Origin: Malacoraja senta
Lineage: Eukaryota
Direction of reading: 5' to 3'
Assembly: GCA_038087875.1 (NCBI GenBank)
Contig: CM075990.1
Location: forward strand, 6,636,001 to 6,700,000
DNA: 64,000 nucleotides
Below, piece after piece: positions 1 to 12,661 of this stretch (the stretch's first letter is position 1; each line of letters begins with the position of its first letter). The position numbers were made by a program, and so were the translations under genes. A model generated the notes under the pieces. The model saw only the letters and a list, made by a program, of their open reading frames with translations. It was not told where the DNA came from and searched no databases.

Positions 1-30
1 TCCTGCACCTATTTTCTATTTTTAGAAAGA

Positions 31-528
31 AAAAGATAGATCAGCCATGATTGAAAGGTGGAGTAGACTCAATGGGCCAAATAGTCAAATTCTGCTCCTT
101 TGCCCGATGAACCTATGAAGTTCATAGCTCACTAAAGGTGGCAACTCAAGTAGATGGGGTGGTAAATAAGGCATTTGGTGTGCTTGCCTTCATTACTAGG
201 GACATTGAGAACAAGATTCAGCAAGTCATAATGCCACTCTATAGGACTTTGGCAAGGCCGCATGTTGAATGATGCGTGCAGTTCTGGTCGCCCCATAACT
301 GGAAAGATGTGGAAGCTTTGGAGAGGGTGTAGAGAAGGTGTACCAGAATGTTGCTTGGATACGAGGGTTTCAGCTACAGGGAGAGGTTGGATAGACTCGG
401 ATTGTTTTCTCTGGAACGTCGGAGGTTGAGGAGAGACTTGAAGAGAAATTTATTAGATTGTGAGAGATATAGATAGAGTAGACACTCAGCACCATTTTCC
501 CAGGATGGAAATGTCCAACACTAGTGGG
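31..528 (+). mobile_element. Decayed CR1/HER1-type LINE pieces (3' tail plus ORF2 C-terminal fragment)
   Basis: gatagatcagccatgattgaa tail, then ggccgcatgttgaatgatgcgtgcagttctggtcgcc, homologous to the RPHLEYCVQFW region of the CR1s at ~19870 and ~39250. Confidence 0.85.
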
Positions 529-840
529 CAGCCATGGTGGCACAGCGGTAGAGTTGCTGCATTACAGCGCTTGAAGCGCCGAAGACCTGGGTTCGATCCC
601 GACTAAGGGTGCTGTCTGTACGGAGTTTGTACGTTCTCCCCGTGACCAAGTGGGTTTTCTCTGAAATCTTCGGTTTCCTCCCAAACTCCAAAGACGTGCA
701 GGTTTGTAGGTTAATTGACTTGGTGTATGTGTAAATTGTGTGTGTAGGATAGTGTTAATGTGCGGGTATTGATGGTTGGTGCGGACTTGGTGGGCCGAAG
801 GGCCTGTTTCCACTCTGCATCTCTAAAATAAACTAAAAAA
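529..840 (+). mobile_element. tRNA-derived V-SINE (HE1-like) with 9-bp TSD
   Basis: A box tggcacagcggtag, B box ggttcgatccc, V-core cggagtttgtacgttctccccgtgacc...ggtttcctccc, CR1-like tail gggccgaagggcctgtttcc; ACTAGTGGG duplicated at 520-528 and 841-849. Confidence 0.92.
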
Positions 841-1039
841 ACTAGTGGGAATGGGTCAGAGTGTGGATTCTAGTATTGTTACAATCTACTCTCCATGTTA
901 TTTGTTGATTATCCTTTACCCTTCAGGCCATGTTGCAAAGTTTATTATAAGGTTCATCAAAACTGTTACAAACAGCTGAGATCATGGAAAGTTTCTCCAA
1001 CTTTTTATATTCAAAGCCGATGCATATCAAAAGGGTAAC

Positions 1040-1372
1040 AAGAGTCAAGAGTCAAGAGTACTTTATTGTCATATGTACTGAAATGGAACAATGACATTCT
1101 TACTTGTAGCAGCACAACAGGTCCTTAAACACAGTAATCATCACACAATAATATAAACAAAGAAAAAAAGTTCAATAAATAAATAAACACAATATAGTGC
1201 AATAAACACAATAAAGTCTAAAGTCCCTAGTGGAACCCAGGCAGTTCATAGTTCAAAGTTTAGTTGGAGTTTGTAACGTTCAATAGCCTAATGGTTCTTC
1301 CCAATGGCAGGAATGAAATGTGAGCCCAGCCAGGGTGGTGTGGGTCCTTGATGATGCTGGCTGCCTTATTTG
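1040..1372 (-). mobile_element. Rex1/Babar-like LINE 3' fragment
   Basis: (agagtca)n tail, tttattgtc, cttacttg.agcagcac and ggtggtgtgggtccttgatgatgctggctgcc, matching the Rex1-like copy at 54388-55832. Confidence 0.75.
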
Positions 1373-1511
1373 AGACAGAATATTCAGTTAAATCAAAATA
1401 TGAAATAAAATGGTATCACAAACCCTGTATTGGAACAAGTTTAGGTCCCGGAAACCTCGACGTCAATGTGTATGGAAGAACCGCCCCACTGCGATCTCCT
1501 TGGGGGGATTT

Positions 1512-1820
1512 TTAGTTAAGAGATACAGCATGGAAACAGGCCCTTTGGCCCACCGGGTGCAGGATGACCATCTATCACCTAGTTCACCCTTGTTCTATGT
1601 TATTCCACTTTCATGTACGCTCCCTACAAATTAGGGGCAATTTACAGAGGCCAATTGACCTACATAAACCAAATGTCTTTGAGATGTGTGAGGGAACCGA
1701 AACACCCCGAGGAAACTCACGCAAACGCAGGTGCAAGATACAAACTTCACACGGATAACACCCAAGGTCAGGATCGAACCAGGACCTCTGGGCACTGAGA
1801 GGCAGCTGTGTCACCTCGCC
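1512..1820 (-). mobile_element. V-SINE (HE1-like)
   Basis: Reverse-complement tail agagatacagcatggaaacaggccc and B box caggatcgaacc. Confidence 0.85.
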
Positions 1821-2429
1821 ATGATAAACCTTCAGACCGATATGAAAGCACAAGATTGAGAATCAGCTTCCTGATACCTCCCTCCATCTTAACCCAGAGC
1901 AGGGCATCTCTCTGGCTCCAGGCAGTACCGTGGAAACGCTCTGGAGCTCACTTGAAGAAGTTTCCTGTACATCTCACATCTTCCAGACTAACAGCTTTCA
2001 TCCCAGGAACAGACCTGAGTAAAGGGTCAAGGAAGTGTTCCCCATTTAATATGGACACCAGGGAGAGAGCCTCCGTAATTATATTTAATTTCACACCATT
2101 TTATTGCACGACTAATTCCTTTGGCGTTCTGCCAGGTGAGCTTGATAGGAATTTGTTAATTGGGTCATTGTTCAGTTCATATGCTTCAAATTGTTTAACA
2201 GCTACTTAAGTGGTAAATGACTGACCAAGCATCATGAGCCCAGCTCTGGGGAGTCGGAAGCAAGGAAACTACACTGAGCTGTGAAACTGGAGTCCCATTT
2301 AGTCGTGGGGCTATTTCACACTCCAGAAATTAGGATTTATGTTGTTTTGGCGTTGGAAAGTATTTCCTCTTTTTCTTGTAACTGATTCCTTGTGTTGTCA
2401 GCTACAGCGCAGTCTTAAAATTCAACATT

Positions 2430-2560
2430 TGGAGAAGGGTCCCCACCTGAAACGTCACCTGTCCATGTACTCCAGAGATGCTGCCTGATCCGCTGAGTTA
2501 CTCCAACACTTTGTGTCTTTCTATGGTATAAACCGGCATCTGCAGTTCCTTGTTATTACA
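2430..2560 (+). mobile_element. Penelope-derived hammerhead-like short repeat
   Basis: gaagggtccccacctgaaacgtcacc...gcatctgcagttcct, the same repeat that follows the GIY-YIG fragment at 31321; flanked by TTAAAA(T/A)TCAAC at 2415-2426 and 2564-2575. Confidence 0.75.
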
Positions 2561-2658
2561 TTATTAAAAATCAACTTCAATATTCATTCGGGCGTGCACT
2601 AGGAATCCCAGAGATGGCTTCATTATGTCTGATGATTTTTAAAAAGTAAACCAACTTC

Positions 2659-3130
2659 AGAGCTACCAACTCTCACGCATTGAGAGTGAGAATCGCGCAT
2701 TTCGCCAAATTCTCACGCTGATCACAGAATTTCTCACGCTCTGTCGTGAGAAATTCTGTGATCAACGAGAATTTCAAAACTAATATCAACTGCATGGGCC
2801 ACGTGTGTAGGAAAGCCGGGGCGGAGGGAGGGGTGGAGCGGCGGGGGCAGATGCAGACGGGGAGTCAGGGCATTCGAGTGTTTGCGGGGCTGGCGAGTCG
2901 CTCGCTGCAGGTCCGGCCATGGAGCAGCCTCAGTGCAAGAGTCCCGGGCGTTCGTCGGAAGTATAGCGCCGCTGCCGTGAGAGTCTCGGTGCCGAATTGG
3001 CCCTGGTGACCGGCATGGACCGGGCTGTGGCTCGGTGCATCCTCGAGGACAACCAGTGGCTGCTGGAAGTATGTACCAAGCACTGGGTACAAGCGGTGGA
3101 GAATAGTGACCTTCAAATGGGGGTGGTTGT
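2659..3130. mobile_element. Putative non-autonomous DNA transposon end (hAT-like) with internal hairpin and GC-rich body
   Basis: Starts CAGAGCTACCAAC (resembles CAGGGTTGCCAAC hAT/Tip100-type termini); repeated TCTCACGC motifs; no matching right TIR or TSD found. Confidence 0.4.
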
Positions 3131-3169
3131 AGAAAGCATCCTGCTTGGCTGCTAGATTTTCACTTACTG

Positions 3170-3520
3170 TAACTACAGGGAAAATGTTCCCGATGTTAGG
3201 GAAGTTCACAACCAGGGGTCACACAGTTCAAGAATAAGGGGTTGGCTATTTAGGACTGAGATGAGGCCAAACTTTCTTCACCCAGAAAGTTGTGAATCTG
3301 TGGAATTATCTGTCACAGAAGGCAGTGGAGGCCAATTCACTGGGGATGTTTTCAAGAGAGAATTACATTTAGCTCTTGGGGCTAGCGAAATCAAGGGATA
3401 TGGGGAAAAAACAGGAAAGAGGTACTGATTTTAGATGAACAGCCATGATCATATTGAATGGCAGTGCTGGCTCGAGGGGCCAAATGGCCTATTCCTGCAC
3501 CTATTTTCTTTGTTTCTATG
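3170..3520 (+). mobile_element. CR1 3' fragment
   Basis: aaaatgttcccgatgttaggg...gttgtgaatctgtggaatt...cctgcacctattttc. Confidence 0.9.
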
Positions 3521-3591
3521 CTTGAGTATATGGCAATAAAACTTGACCACTTGATTTTGAAGCATTCATGCATGGTGGAGGTATAATGTAG

Positions 3592-3822
3592 TCATAGAGT
3601 GATACAGTGTGAAAACAGGCCCTTTGGCCCAACTTGCTCACACCCGCCAACATGTCCCAGCTACACTACCTGCTTTTGGTCCATATCCCTCCAAACCTGT
3701 CCTATCCATGTATCAGTCTAACTGTTTCTCAAATGTTGGGATAGTCCCTGACTCAACTACCTCCTCTGGCAGCTTGTTCCATACACCCACCACCCTTTGT
3801 GTGGAAAAAGTTACCCCTTAAA
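3592..3822 (-). mobile_element. CR1 3' tail fragment
   Basis: aaaacaggccctttggcccaac...ctacctcctctggcagcttgttccatacacccaccaccc, reverse complement of the CR1 end at 54183-54388. Confidence 0.8.
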
Positions 3823-5139
3823 AAGTTACCTCTCAAAAATACTTTGAACAAAAAACATTGAAATCATACTTCTACAATGCATTAAAACATGATTTTAATA
3901 TATCAAATTTCAAAATGTCCCTACCCCCTCCCACACCCTCCCCCCACTCAGTCGCTCCACTCCCTCGCCGGTTACCCCCAAGACCAGTGATCAGTGATCA
4001 GTGATCGCTCAGCCCCCCCCCACTTTCAAAAACGCTCCGCGGCCCGTGGTTCAGACAGAGAGCACTGCCAGATGTGAGCGGGGAACTGAGGCCAGTTGTC
4101 CGTGATGTCTAGATCCCAATGCTCAGCGCTTCGTGTTTCGGAGTTGGCTAATGTTATTGATTTGTAATTAGCCCGATTTGTAATTAGTTGACAAAACCTT
4201 AATTTATTAATACGGAATATCCAGGGGGATGGGATAAGTGTAATATTAAAATAACATGCAAGGTGTCAGGCTGTCTGTTACAACACACAGCTCCGATAAC
4301 CCATTATTTCCTTCAGTTAAATATTGGGAAGGTAGCACTATTGTCATTTGCCACTCAACTATTATGTTTGTTTACCTCACTGACTATTTCTAACCCCCCT
4401 CCCCCAAATCTGTGACAGGTTGAATAGAAACATCCCCAATCTCGTTGTTTTATTAATTGAACATGTAGATGAGCATCCTCAAGGAGTGTAATCAGATGGA
4501 AACTGATTCAGATGCCATGTTTAAGAGCTTGTTCAAAGAAGGGACATATTTTATAGGAGTGACAGAGATACTTGCAGGGGAATGTGTGAAGAGGTTATTA
4601 TTTGTCTTTAGTTTTAGCTTGAACCAGGACTTCTGAAGATTCTATGTTTAATATAGTAATTGTGCTGATACTGACTCCAACCAACCACGTAATGAATATC
4701 ATCCATTCCGGAGGTTTTATTTTTATGATGCCATTTAAACTTCACTTGGATTTCAATCATTTCAATGTAAATGTAATTGGGAATGGGGAGCATGGAAATT
4801 TGCCCTCGGTACATATTAACTGTAATATAATAATGTTTGCATGTTGGTAGGTGCAATCAAACAAAGATCTTTTTATCATTGTTGTGTTATGAATACCACA
4901 GAAAATATGATGTACTCTCAAGATCACATTAAATAGAATATAATTGCTTAAATATATAGTTATTGGACTTTGCATTTCGGAAAAGACCCAGCTAATAGGA
5001 AGACAGCAAAATACTGAAAATATTGAGGGTGAAGATGACCAGGACAGTTTGTTAGGAAAATGAAGGAAATGGTAACAGAATATATACAGCTGAGTGAGTA
5101 TAATTTTATGGATGAGAAATTGTGTTCAACCAATTGATG

Positions 5140-5270
5140 ACTTCTTTGACAAAATAACTAGCATGTTAGATAACAAGGAAGCCAATGGATGTAGCAAATT
5201 TGGTCCGTGAAGTGCCCCATAAAAGATTACCATATTAGATAAGCACCTGTGGACTTGAACGTAATAGGTT
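5140..5270 (+). mobile_element. Highly decayed CR1 RT fragment
   Basis: Reads approximately FFDKITSMLDNKE..MDV..VPHKRL, homologous to FFEEVTTRVDKGEPVDV..KVPHKRL. Confidence 0.6.
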
Positions 5271-5344
5271 AAGTCCAGGGGGTCAGATATGGGGCTTTAT
5301 GTGTAGGCCAGATATATTGTCAGTGCAGAGGGGCTTAGAGCAAG

Positions 5345-5570
5345 GCCAAGTGTGCATCCAGAGTCAAGGTCTTGAATAGTACTAGGTGAGCAGTCAAAGC
5401 TGGGAGAATGGGAGTGTTCAGCACTGGGAACCTAAGCAGGTAAGCTGCTATGATCAGGGTAGAATAATGGGCCAGGTGTAAGGCTGGACTCAGGGTCAGG
5501 AATGAGAGAAGGTATGCAGCTGGAGTCAGGGTCAGGAGTAGGAGCAGGTGTACAGTGAGACCCAGGTTGG
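5345..5570. repeat. Degenerate 36-bp minisatellite
   Basis: AGGT anchor at 5438, 5474, 5510 and 5546, plus 5348/5384; shared tcagggtcagga core. Confidence 0.7.
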
Positions 5571-6119
5571 TCAACATGGGTCAAGTGCTTGATTATAATC
5601 TGATTTCCATACATGAATACACTAAGTTCATTCATGTGCTGCACCTGTTGATCAGAGCCTGGTTCTACTGTGGAATGTTATTAGGAATGTAATTTAGCCT
5701 CACCTTATTCATAGCTAATCCAATTTAAAGCATAAATATTGCATTCAAGTGTAAGTTAAAAGACTTGCAATAGTTTGCACCAGATTGCACAATTTCAAAC
5801 TGAAAAATGCAAAAGCTCTGTACCAATGGATTTAGGAACAGGTCTTAAGGGTCCTTAAGAATTGATGTCCAGATGGTTAGAGGCTGCACAAGGTTTTCAT
5901 AATCCCCTAATTCTGAGCAGCGTGAGATACTGGAGGAAAGAGAATTCAACCGCCGTTGGATGTGGATGTTAGAGAGTGTCCAGAGGAGATTTACGAGAAT
6001 GATCCCAAGAATTATTTGGTTTACATATGATGAGCGTTTGAAGGCACTGGATTTGCACTCAGTGGAGCACTGCTGATGACCGGAGAAAAGAGGAGAGACA
6101 TAGAATGATGCAGCGCGGA

Positions 6120-6330
6120 AATCCTACACCTACTAGGGACAATTTACAATTATACCAAGTCAATTAACCTACAAACCTGCATGTATTTGGAGAGTAGGAG
6201 GAAACCGAAGATCTCATAGAAAATCTACGCGGTCATGGGGAGAACGTACAAACTCCATACAGCACCCGTAGTCAGGATCGAACTCGGGTCTCTGGCGCTG
6301 CAAGCGTTGTAAGGCAGCAACTCTGCCACC
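6120..6330 (-). mobile_element. V-SINE (HE1-like)
   Basis: ctagggacaatttac...ggaggaaaccgaagatctc...gtcaggatcgaactcgggtc. Confidence 0.88.
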
Positions 6331-6816
6331 TACTTGACTGAACACATAAAATAATGCAGTAAACCTTGCCACCAGCAGGCATTTGGGACATTGAGTGCAA
6401 GGCAGATGGTGGAAGTGTCTCTTGAAATCCTGTTTCCAGTCCAACAAGGCTTGTTTATACAAGGAACTGTGGACCCATTGAATGATGCAGTTAATGGACT
6501 GTGGATCATTAAGTCTCACCATTACCTTTTCAAAGTCATTAATTGATACAACATTGTAGGGGATTGTCTCTGTACAAAAAGTTTTAAAAAACAATTTGGC
6601 TCTGATCCTCTCAGTGTAAGGGAACAGTGTTATTCTCTAACCTTCCTGATGGCATCTGAAGTTTCCAACGCTGTTATAACGAAGGCAGAAATGAATAGAA
6701 CTCAGGACATCACAAGGAACTGCAGATGCTGGAATCTTGAATAAAACACTAAGTGCTGGAGCTGTGAATACTCACGACACTGGTTAATTTACGGAGGGAC
6801 AAGAAACCGCTGATGC

Positions 6817-7221
6817 ACCTGCCAGCTAAACCGAAGATAGAGGTGGCACACCGGATGAAACGGGCAAAATCAAGGGCACAAACAGGAGGAGCTCCCCCAC
6901 GACAGATCATTGTGAAATTTCGGGACATTTCAGGTTTGGAAGAGGCCATGGGAAAAATTCAATATGGAAAGATTATGACGTTTGGGACGGACATTATCAA
7001 ACTTTTTAGAGACTATCCCTATGAAATTGTTAAAAAAACGAGAAGCGTTTAAAAATACACAACAGATCTTGAAAGGGCACAGGAACATCAGATATGGAAT
7101 AATTTATCCAGCTAAGATGATCATTACTTATAATGGTACCGAACGTAAGTTTAACGATCCAGAAGCTGCTTACAAATACGCTCAAGACATCTTAAAATAT
7201 AAGGAAATAGATTTATACTAA
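6817..7221 (+). pseudogene. L1 ORF1 C-terminal part (RRM end plus CTD), frameshifted
   Basis: IEVAHR..PPRQIIVKF..IKLFRDYP and KREAF..YGIIYPAKMIITYNG..F.DP; frameshift in the A-run at ~7032-7038. Confidence 0.85.
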
Positions 7222-7791
7222 TTTAGAAATTATGATAGGCTGCAGTTGAAATTTTGTGTGGAAGGAGGTGAGGAGATTCAGAATCTTGGCAAATAGCCAG
7301 GTGCCTGAATCGGGTTAACCCCTTCCAACCAAAGGCAGATTAGTATGGAAGGGGAAGAAAATGTAACAATTGTTAACATAAGTAAATGGTAGATAAGATT
7401 GGAGATTAGAGAAGATTTATTTAGATATATAGATATGGTAGATACATGCTGACACATAAAATCTGGCTTGAATGGGTCCCAACCCCTTCTAGTAAGATCA
7501 TTCAAGGGGACGGAGCTAAATGTAGATTAACAACTACGGAAGTCACTAATTGTGTAACTACCACCATTAGGTGGATAATTGGTTACAGTGTCGTCATTTG
7601 TAGACACTGTAACCTCACTTTTTTGATTTTTTTTTAATGTCACAATAATGTACACTTTTTTGTTTCTTTGCTTAAGGACAATTTTGAGAGGGATGTAATA
7701 ATTGAATTTAATATTGCAAATGCTCGCCCAACAGCCAGAGACCTAAGGTATTGGTTGCACCACATGTTTAAAAGGTATTAAATAATTTAAA

Positions 7792-10700
7792 ATGCAAGAC
7801 GATAAACAAAAGAAATTTGGAGGAATCACATTCTGCAGTTGGAATATTAGGGGTGCTAATGAACCAATTAAAAGGGGTAAGATTTTTGCACAATTGAAGT
7901 CACTCAATACGGACATAATATTTCTACAAGAAACTCACTTGAAACTGCAAGCTCAAGCCAGATTGAAGGCAAACTGGATAGGCCAAACATACCAATCTTC
8001 ATATATTTCCAAAGCCAGAGGCACAGCAATTATTATTCGAAAATGTATACCATTTAAATCGAAGAATATCATAACAGATAAGGAAGGGAGATACCTTATA
8101 GTTACCGGAGAGATTCATGCTACCCCAATTACCTTGGTAAATATTTATGCGCCTAATTTTGATAATCCCCAATTTTTTAATAAAATCCTGAATATAATTA
8201 CAGAGTTCAATTATCAAAATGTGATAATTGGGGGAGATTTTAACTGTGTTTTAGATCCATACTTGGATAAATCTTCACAACGGAGAAGGGGCAACACAAA
8301 ATCTAAAACCAGGGAAATCTTAAATACTTACATAAAAAATACAAATATAACAGATGTTTGGAGGATCGCTAACCCTGTCGGAAGGGAATACTCGTTTTAT
8401 TCAATGGTACACAAAACGTATTCACGTATCGACTATTTCTTAGTGGATACAAAACTAATTCCCTATACACTGAATCCAAAGTATCACAATAGTATAATTT
8501 CTGATCACTCACCATTAACTTTTTTTTTTTAATTAGAAGGAATGCCTACTAATAAATCGTTTTGGAGGTTTAATCCTCAAATTTTAAATGACCCACAAGG
8601 GGAAATATATTTAAAACAACAGATGGAACTTTTTAAAAAGAATAATGATACCCCAGAGACCTCACCAGTTCTACTATGGGAATCATTCAAAGCAGTTATT
8701 AGAGGATCTATAATCTCATACCAAGCTTTTTTAAATAAAAGGAATAAGAAAGAACAAAGGCAGTTAGAACAACAAATTGGAGAATTGGAATTAGATAATG
8801 CTAAAGAGCCAACTATAGACAAACATAATAAAATAACAATAATGAAATTTAAATTAAACAAAATATTATCAGCAAATGTTATTAGATTATTTCAAATTAC
8901 AAAACAGGAACATTTTGAATTTGGGGATAAACCACACAAACTTCTGGCTTGACAACTGAAAAAACGGGAAAAGGATCACACGATTTTAAAGATTAAATCA
9001 GATAAAGGGGAATTGTTAACACTACCTAAGGATATTAATAAAAGATTCGCTCAATTTTATCAAAACTTATATACATCTAAAGCGGTAGCAGATAGTACCA
9101 AAGTTAGAGAGTTCCTGGATAATTGTAATCTCCCAAAACTCAATTTGAGTGAACAAGAGGAATTAGGTGCACAAGTCTCAACTAAGGAAATAGAAGAAAC
9201 AATAAATACATTAAAGAATGGAAAAACACCAGGACCAGATGGTTTTAGTAATGAATTTTATAAAAGATTTTACGAGATAATTACACCACGACTACACAAA
9301 ATGTATACATATGCTTTTAAAGAACATACACTTCCAGAAACATTAGCGGAATCAATGATTACACTTATACCTAAAAAAGGTAAAGATTTAGAAGATCCGG
9401 GTTCTTATAGAGCTATTGCGCTGTTAAATACAGATCAAAAAATATTAGCAAAAACATTAGCTAGAAGGCTAAGTAACTATTTTAGTAAATTAATAAATTC
9501 GGATCAAACAGGGTTTATACCCAAGAGATACTCAAGCAATAACCTGAGACGTCTGTTTAATATAATGTACTCACATAAAACCGAAGAACAAGACTTATCA
9601 ATTATTTCACTGGACGCAGAAAAAGCATTTGATCAAGTGGAATGGGATTATATGGTTAAAGTATTGCAAACATTTCAAATGGGAGAGAATTTTATCGCTT
9701 GGGTAAAATTATTATATGATAGGCCTACTGCCAGAATATTAACTAATAATATTTTGTCCTCGAAATTTCAGTTATCAAGGGGAAATAGACAGGGTTGTTC
9801 ATTATCACCTCTGCTATTTGCTCTTGTAATAGAACCGTTAGCAGAAAGTATTAGGATACATCCGAACATTCATGGGTACAATACAAAATACTCAAATAAT
9901 AAGATATCTTTATACGCAGATGATGTACTACTATATATCACAAAATCACAAATTAGTATACCAAATATATTAAATTTAATAGAGGAATTTTGATCCTTTT
10001 CAGGATATAGAATAAATTGGAATAAAAGTGAAATTATGACGATTAAACCTCAAGACCCAACACACCTGTTAAAATTCCCTTTTAAAATCGCTTCAGAAAA
10101 ATTTAAATATTTGGGAATTGAAATTACTAGAAAATATAAAGCTCTATTTAATGCAAACTATATGCCCTTACTCAATAAACTAAACACACTGATTAAAACC
10201 TAAATGATTTTTTTACCACAAAATTTATATCTATTCCAGTCAATACCGATAATTGGATGCTGATATTAAAAACTTTATATGGGACTATAAATCCCACAGA
10301 ATCCAAAGAAAACATTTGTGTAAACCTAAAGAATTTGGTAGATTATCACTCCCCAATTTTTTATATTATTACTGGGCCACAAATGTCAAAAATATGATTC
10401 ACCTGTTGGACAATTCAGCCCAGCAGGTGGATTGGATAGTAATGGAGAGAGAGGACTGTTCCCCTTTTAACATAGGAGCGATCCTTCTCTCACCAACAAA
10501 AATGAAGAATACAATATATAGTAAAAATCCAATTATTCATAGTACAATTAGAATTTGGAAACAAATAAAATTAACGTTAAAATTAAGAAATCTATCACTT
10601 CTCTCACCTATAATGAATAACCCTTCGTTTAAACCTTCTATGATAGATAGATCTTTTATAAATTGGGAAAGATTAGGAATTAAAATGTTTGGAGATATGT

Positions 10701-11325
10701 ATGATAATGGAAGTTTTTTAAAACATTTTACCAACTACAACTTAAATACAACTTGAATAGAAATCAATATTTCAAATATTTTCAAATACGTGACTATTTG
10801 AAAAAGTATACATGAGAATATCAAAATATGTCTCCTGACCTATTAGATGGGATAATGAATATAAAAGCAGAATCAGCTAATTTAATATCATACCTATATA
10901 ATTCCATTTTAAACATAGAAATTCCATCATCGGATGGGATTAGAAGAGAATGGGAACAGGACCTAGCTATAAAAATCTCGAAACAGAGTTGGGATAAACA
11001 CATATTTTAGAATGAAATTTTTGAAATTTTCACTAAATTATTTAAAATCAAACTGAAATCGAATGCAGAATTGATTATTTTTGGAACAATAGAAGCAAGT
11101 TTGGAGCTGACTTCGTTTCAAAGGAGTTTTCTTAATTATGGCTTAATAACGGCAAAAAAACTGATACTGAAATTCTGGAAAAATGCTCCTACGCCAACAA
11201 TAAAAATGTGGACTTCTAATATGTCGGAATTGTTACACCTAGAAGATATGAGATTCCTCCTAGCAGGTAAACAAGACCAATTCCAAAAGATTTGGTCTCC
11301 ATATATCAACTTATTACAAACATAA
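7792..11325 (+). pseudogene. L1 ORF2 (APE endonuclease plus reverse transcriptase), disrupted
   Basis: SWNIRG, FLQETH, NIYAPN, GGDFN, SRIDY, SDHSP; KTPGPDGF, SLDAEKAFD, GNRQGCSLSPLLF, YADD; frameshift at T-run ~8520-8530, stops at 8950-8952 and 9991-9993, apparent deletions near 10200 and 11010. Confidence 0.95.
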
Positions 11326-12119
11326 GGTGCGACAAAATGTTGATAATAAATGGTTTTAGGACCTGGCGAGGGGTGAGTAAAGATAAGCAATAGGTACATC
11401 CCTTTCATATTGTCCTATCTTACTTTCTTTTTTCTTTTTTCTTTTTCCTCCTTTTGGTTTTTTTCTTTTCTTTTTTAACTATTTCTTGTGGTTTTGGTTC
11501 ATATGGGTGTTCCTGGACCACTCTTTCAATCACTCACTGACTATCTTTACTAACTCTTTCTATCCTTTTTTCCTATTAAAGTTTAAAATAAGAAGTGGTA
11601 CAAGAAAAGTATAAACTTACGTTATTGCAGATTACTGTAATGTAAAATACTTCTAATAAAAAAATTTAATTAAAAAAAAGAAACCGCTGATGCGGGAATC
11701 TGGAGCAAAAACAATGAACTGTTGGAGGAATCGACATGGACAGAACGAGCCAGGTGATGTGTTAGCCATAATGCCAATTCCTTCGTGCCTCTCTCCTCAG
11801 TATATCACTGCTTTACCTCTGAACTCCACAGTGTGCTGGGGGCCTGTTTCGGTGCTGTATTCTTTATGGTGCTGTGTACCTATAACATGTGGGGTGGTCT
11901 GAATCGCGAGGAGCCATATAAAGCCGGCAGCCGAGAGTTGACATTCATCATAACTGCGGATCCAGAAATGTTTGGTCTATTGACCTGAGAATCCATGGAA
12001 CTTTCTGTCCTGGTTGCCTTTGAGGAGTCACGGCTTGTCATCATTTGATGCTGAGAGACCGTGTCTGAGGGTACAGCCCATTGATGGCAACAGCCTACTC
12101 ATTGCCTTGTCATAGGGTC

Positions 12120-12424
12120 CATCGGGCAGCATGTTGTTGTTGCCTTGCAACGCCAGAGACCCAGGTTCGATCCCGACTACGGGTGCTGTCTGTATGGAGT
12201 TTGTATGTTCTACCTATGACCACATGGGCTTTCTCCAGGTGCTCCGGTTTCCTCCCATACTCCAAAGACATACAGGTCTGTTGGTTAATTGGCTTCTGGA
12301 AATTGTAAGTTGTCCCTAGTGTGTAGGACAGTGCTCGTGTAAGGGGGATGATCGTTGGTTGGCGTGGACTCAGTGGGCCGAAGGGCCTGTTTCCATGCTG
12401 TATCTCTAAAGTCTGAAGTCTAAA
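12120..12424 (+). mobile_element. V-SINE (HE1-like)
   Basis: ggttcgatcccgactacgggtgctgtctgtatggagtttgt...gggccgaagggcctgtttccatgctgtatctctaaa. Confidence 0.9.
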
Positions 12425-12661
12425 GCACAGAAACAGCCCTTCAGCCCAATATAACCACACACTCACCAACAAGCACACATTTATACCAGGCCCATTGTAT
12501 TCACCGCACATTCCCATCAATTTACCCCAGATTTTATCATCCATGTACAAAATTTGTAGTGGCCAATTAATCAAATAACCCACACGGGAGAAAACAAGAG
12601 CACCTGTGGGAACCCAAGGACTCTAAACTCCACAGAGATTGCACCGCAGGTCAGGATTGAA

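Larger units (their letters stand above)
6817..11677 (+). mobile_element. 5'-truncated L1-clade LINE with 16-bp TSD
   Basis: AAGAAACCGCTGATGC at 6801-6816 and 11678-11693; AATAAA at 11655-11660 plus A-rich tail; T-rich 3' UTR; ORF1 and ORF2 remnants. Confidence 0.95.

Noticed and set aside
529..612. tRNA-like A/B boxes suggesting a tRNA gene
   Set aside because: Continues directly into the V-SINE core and LINE-like tail; this is a SINE head, as in the other copies.
3835..4048. Possible right end of the DNA element starting at 2659
   Set aside because: Looks like a DNA-transposon subterminal region but shows no TIR complementarity or TSD with 2659.
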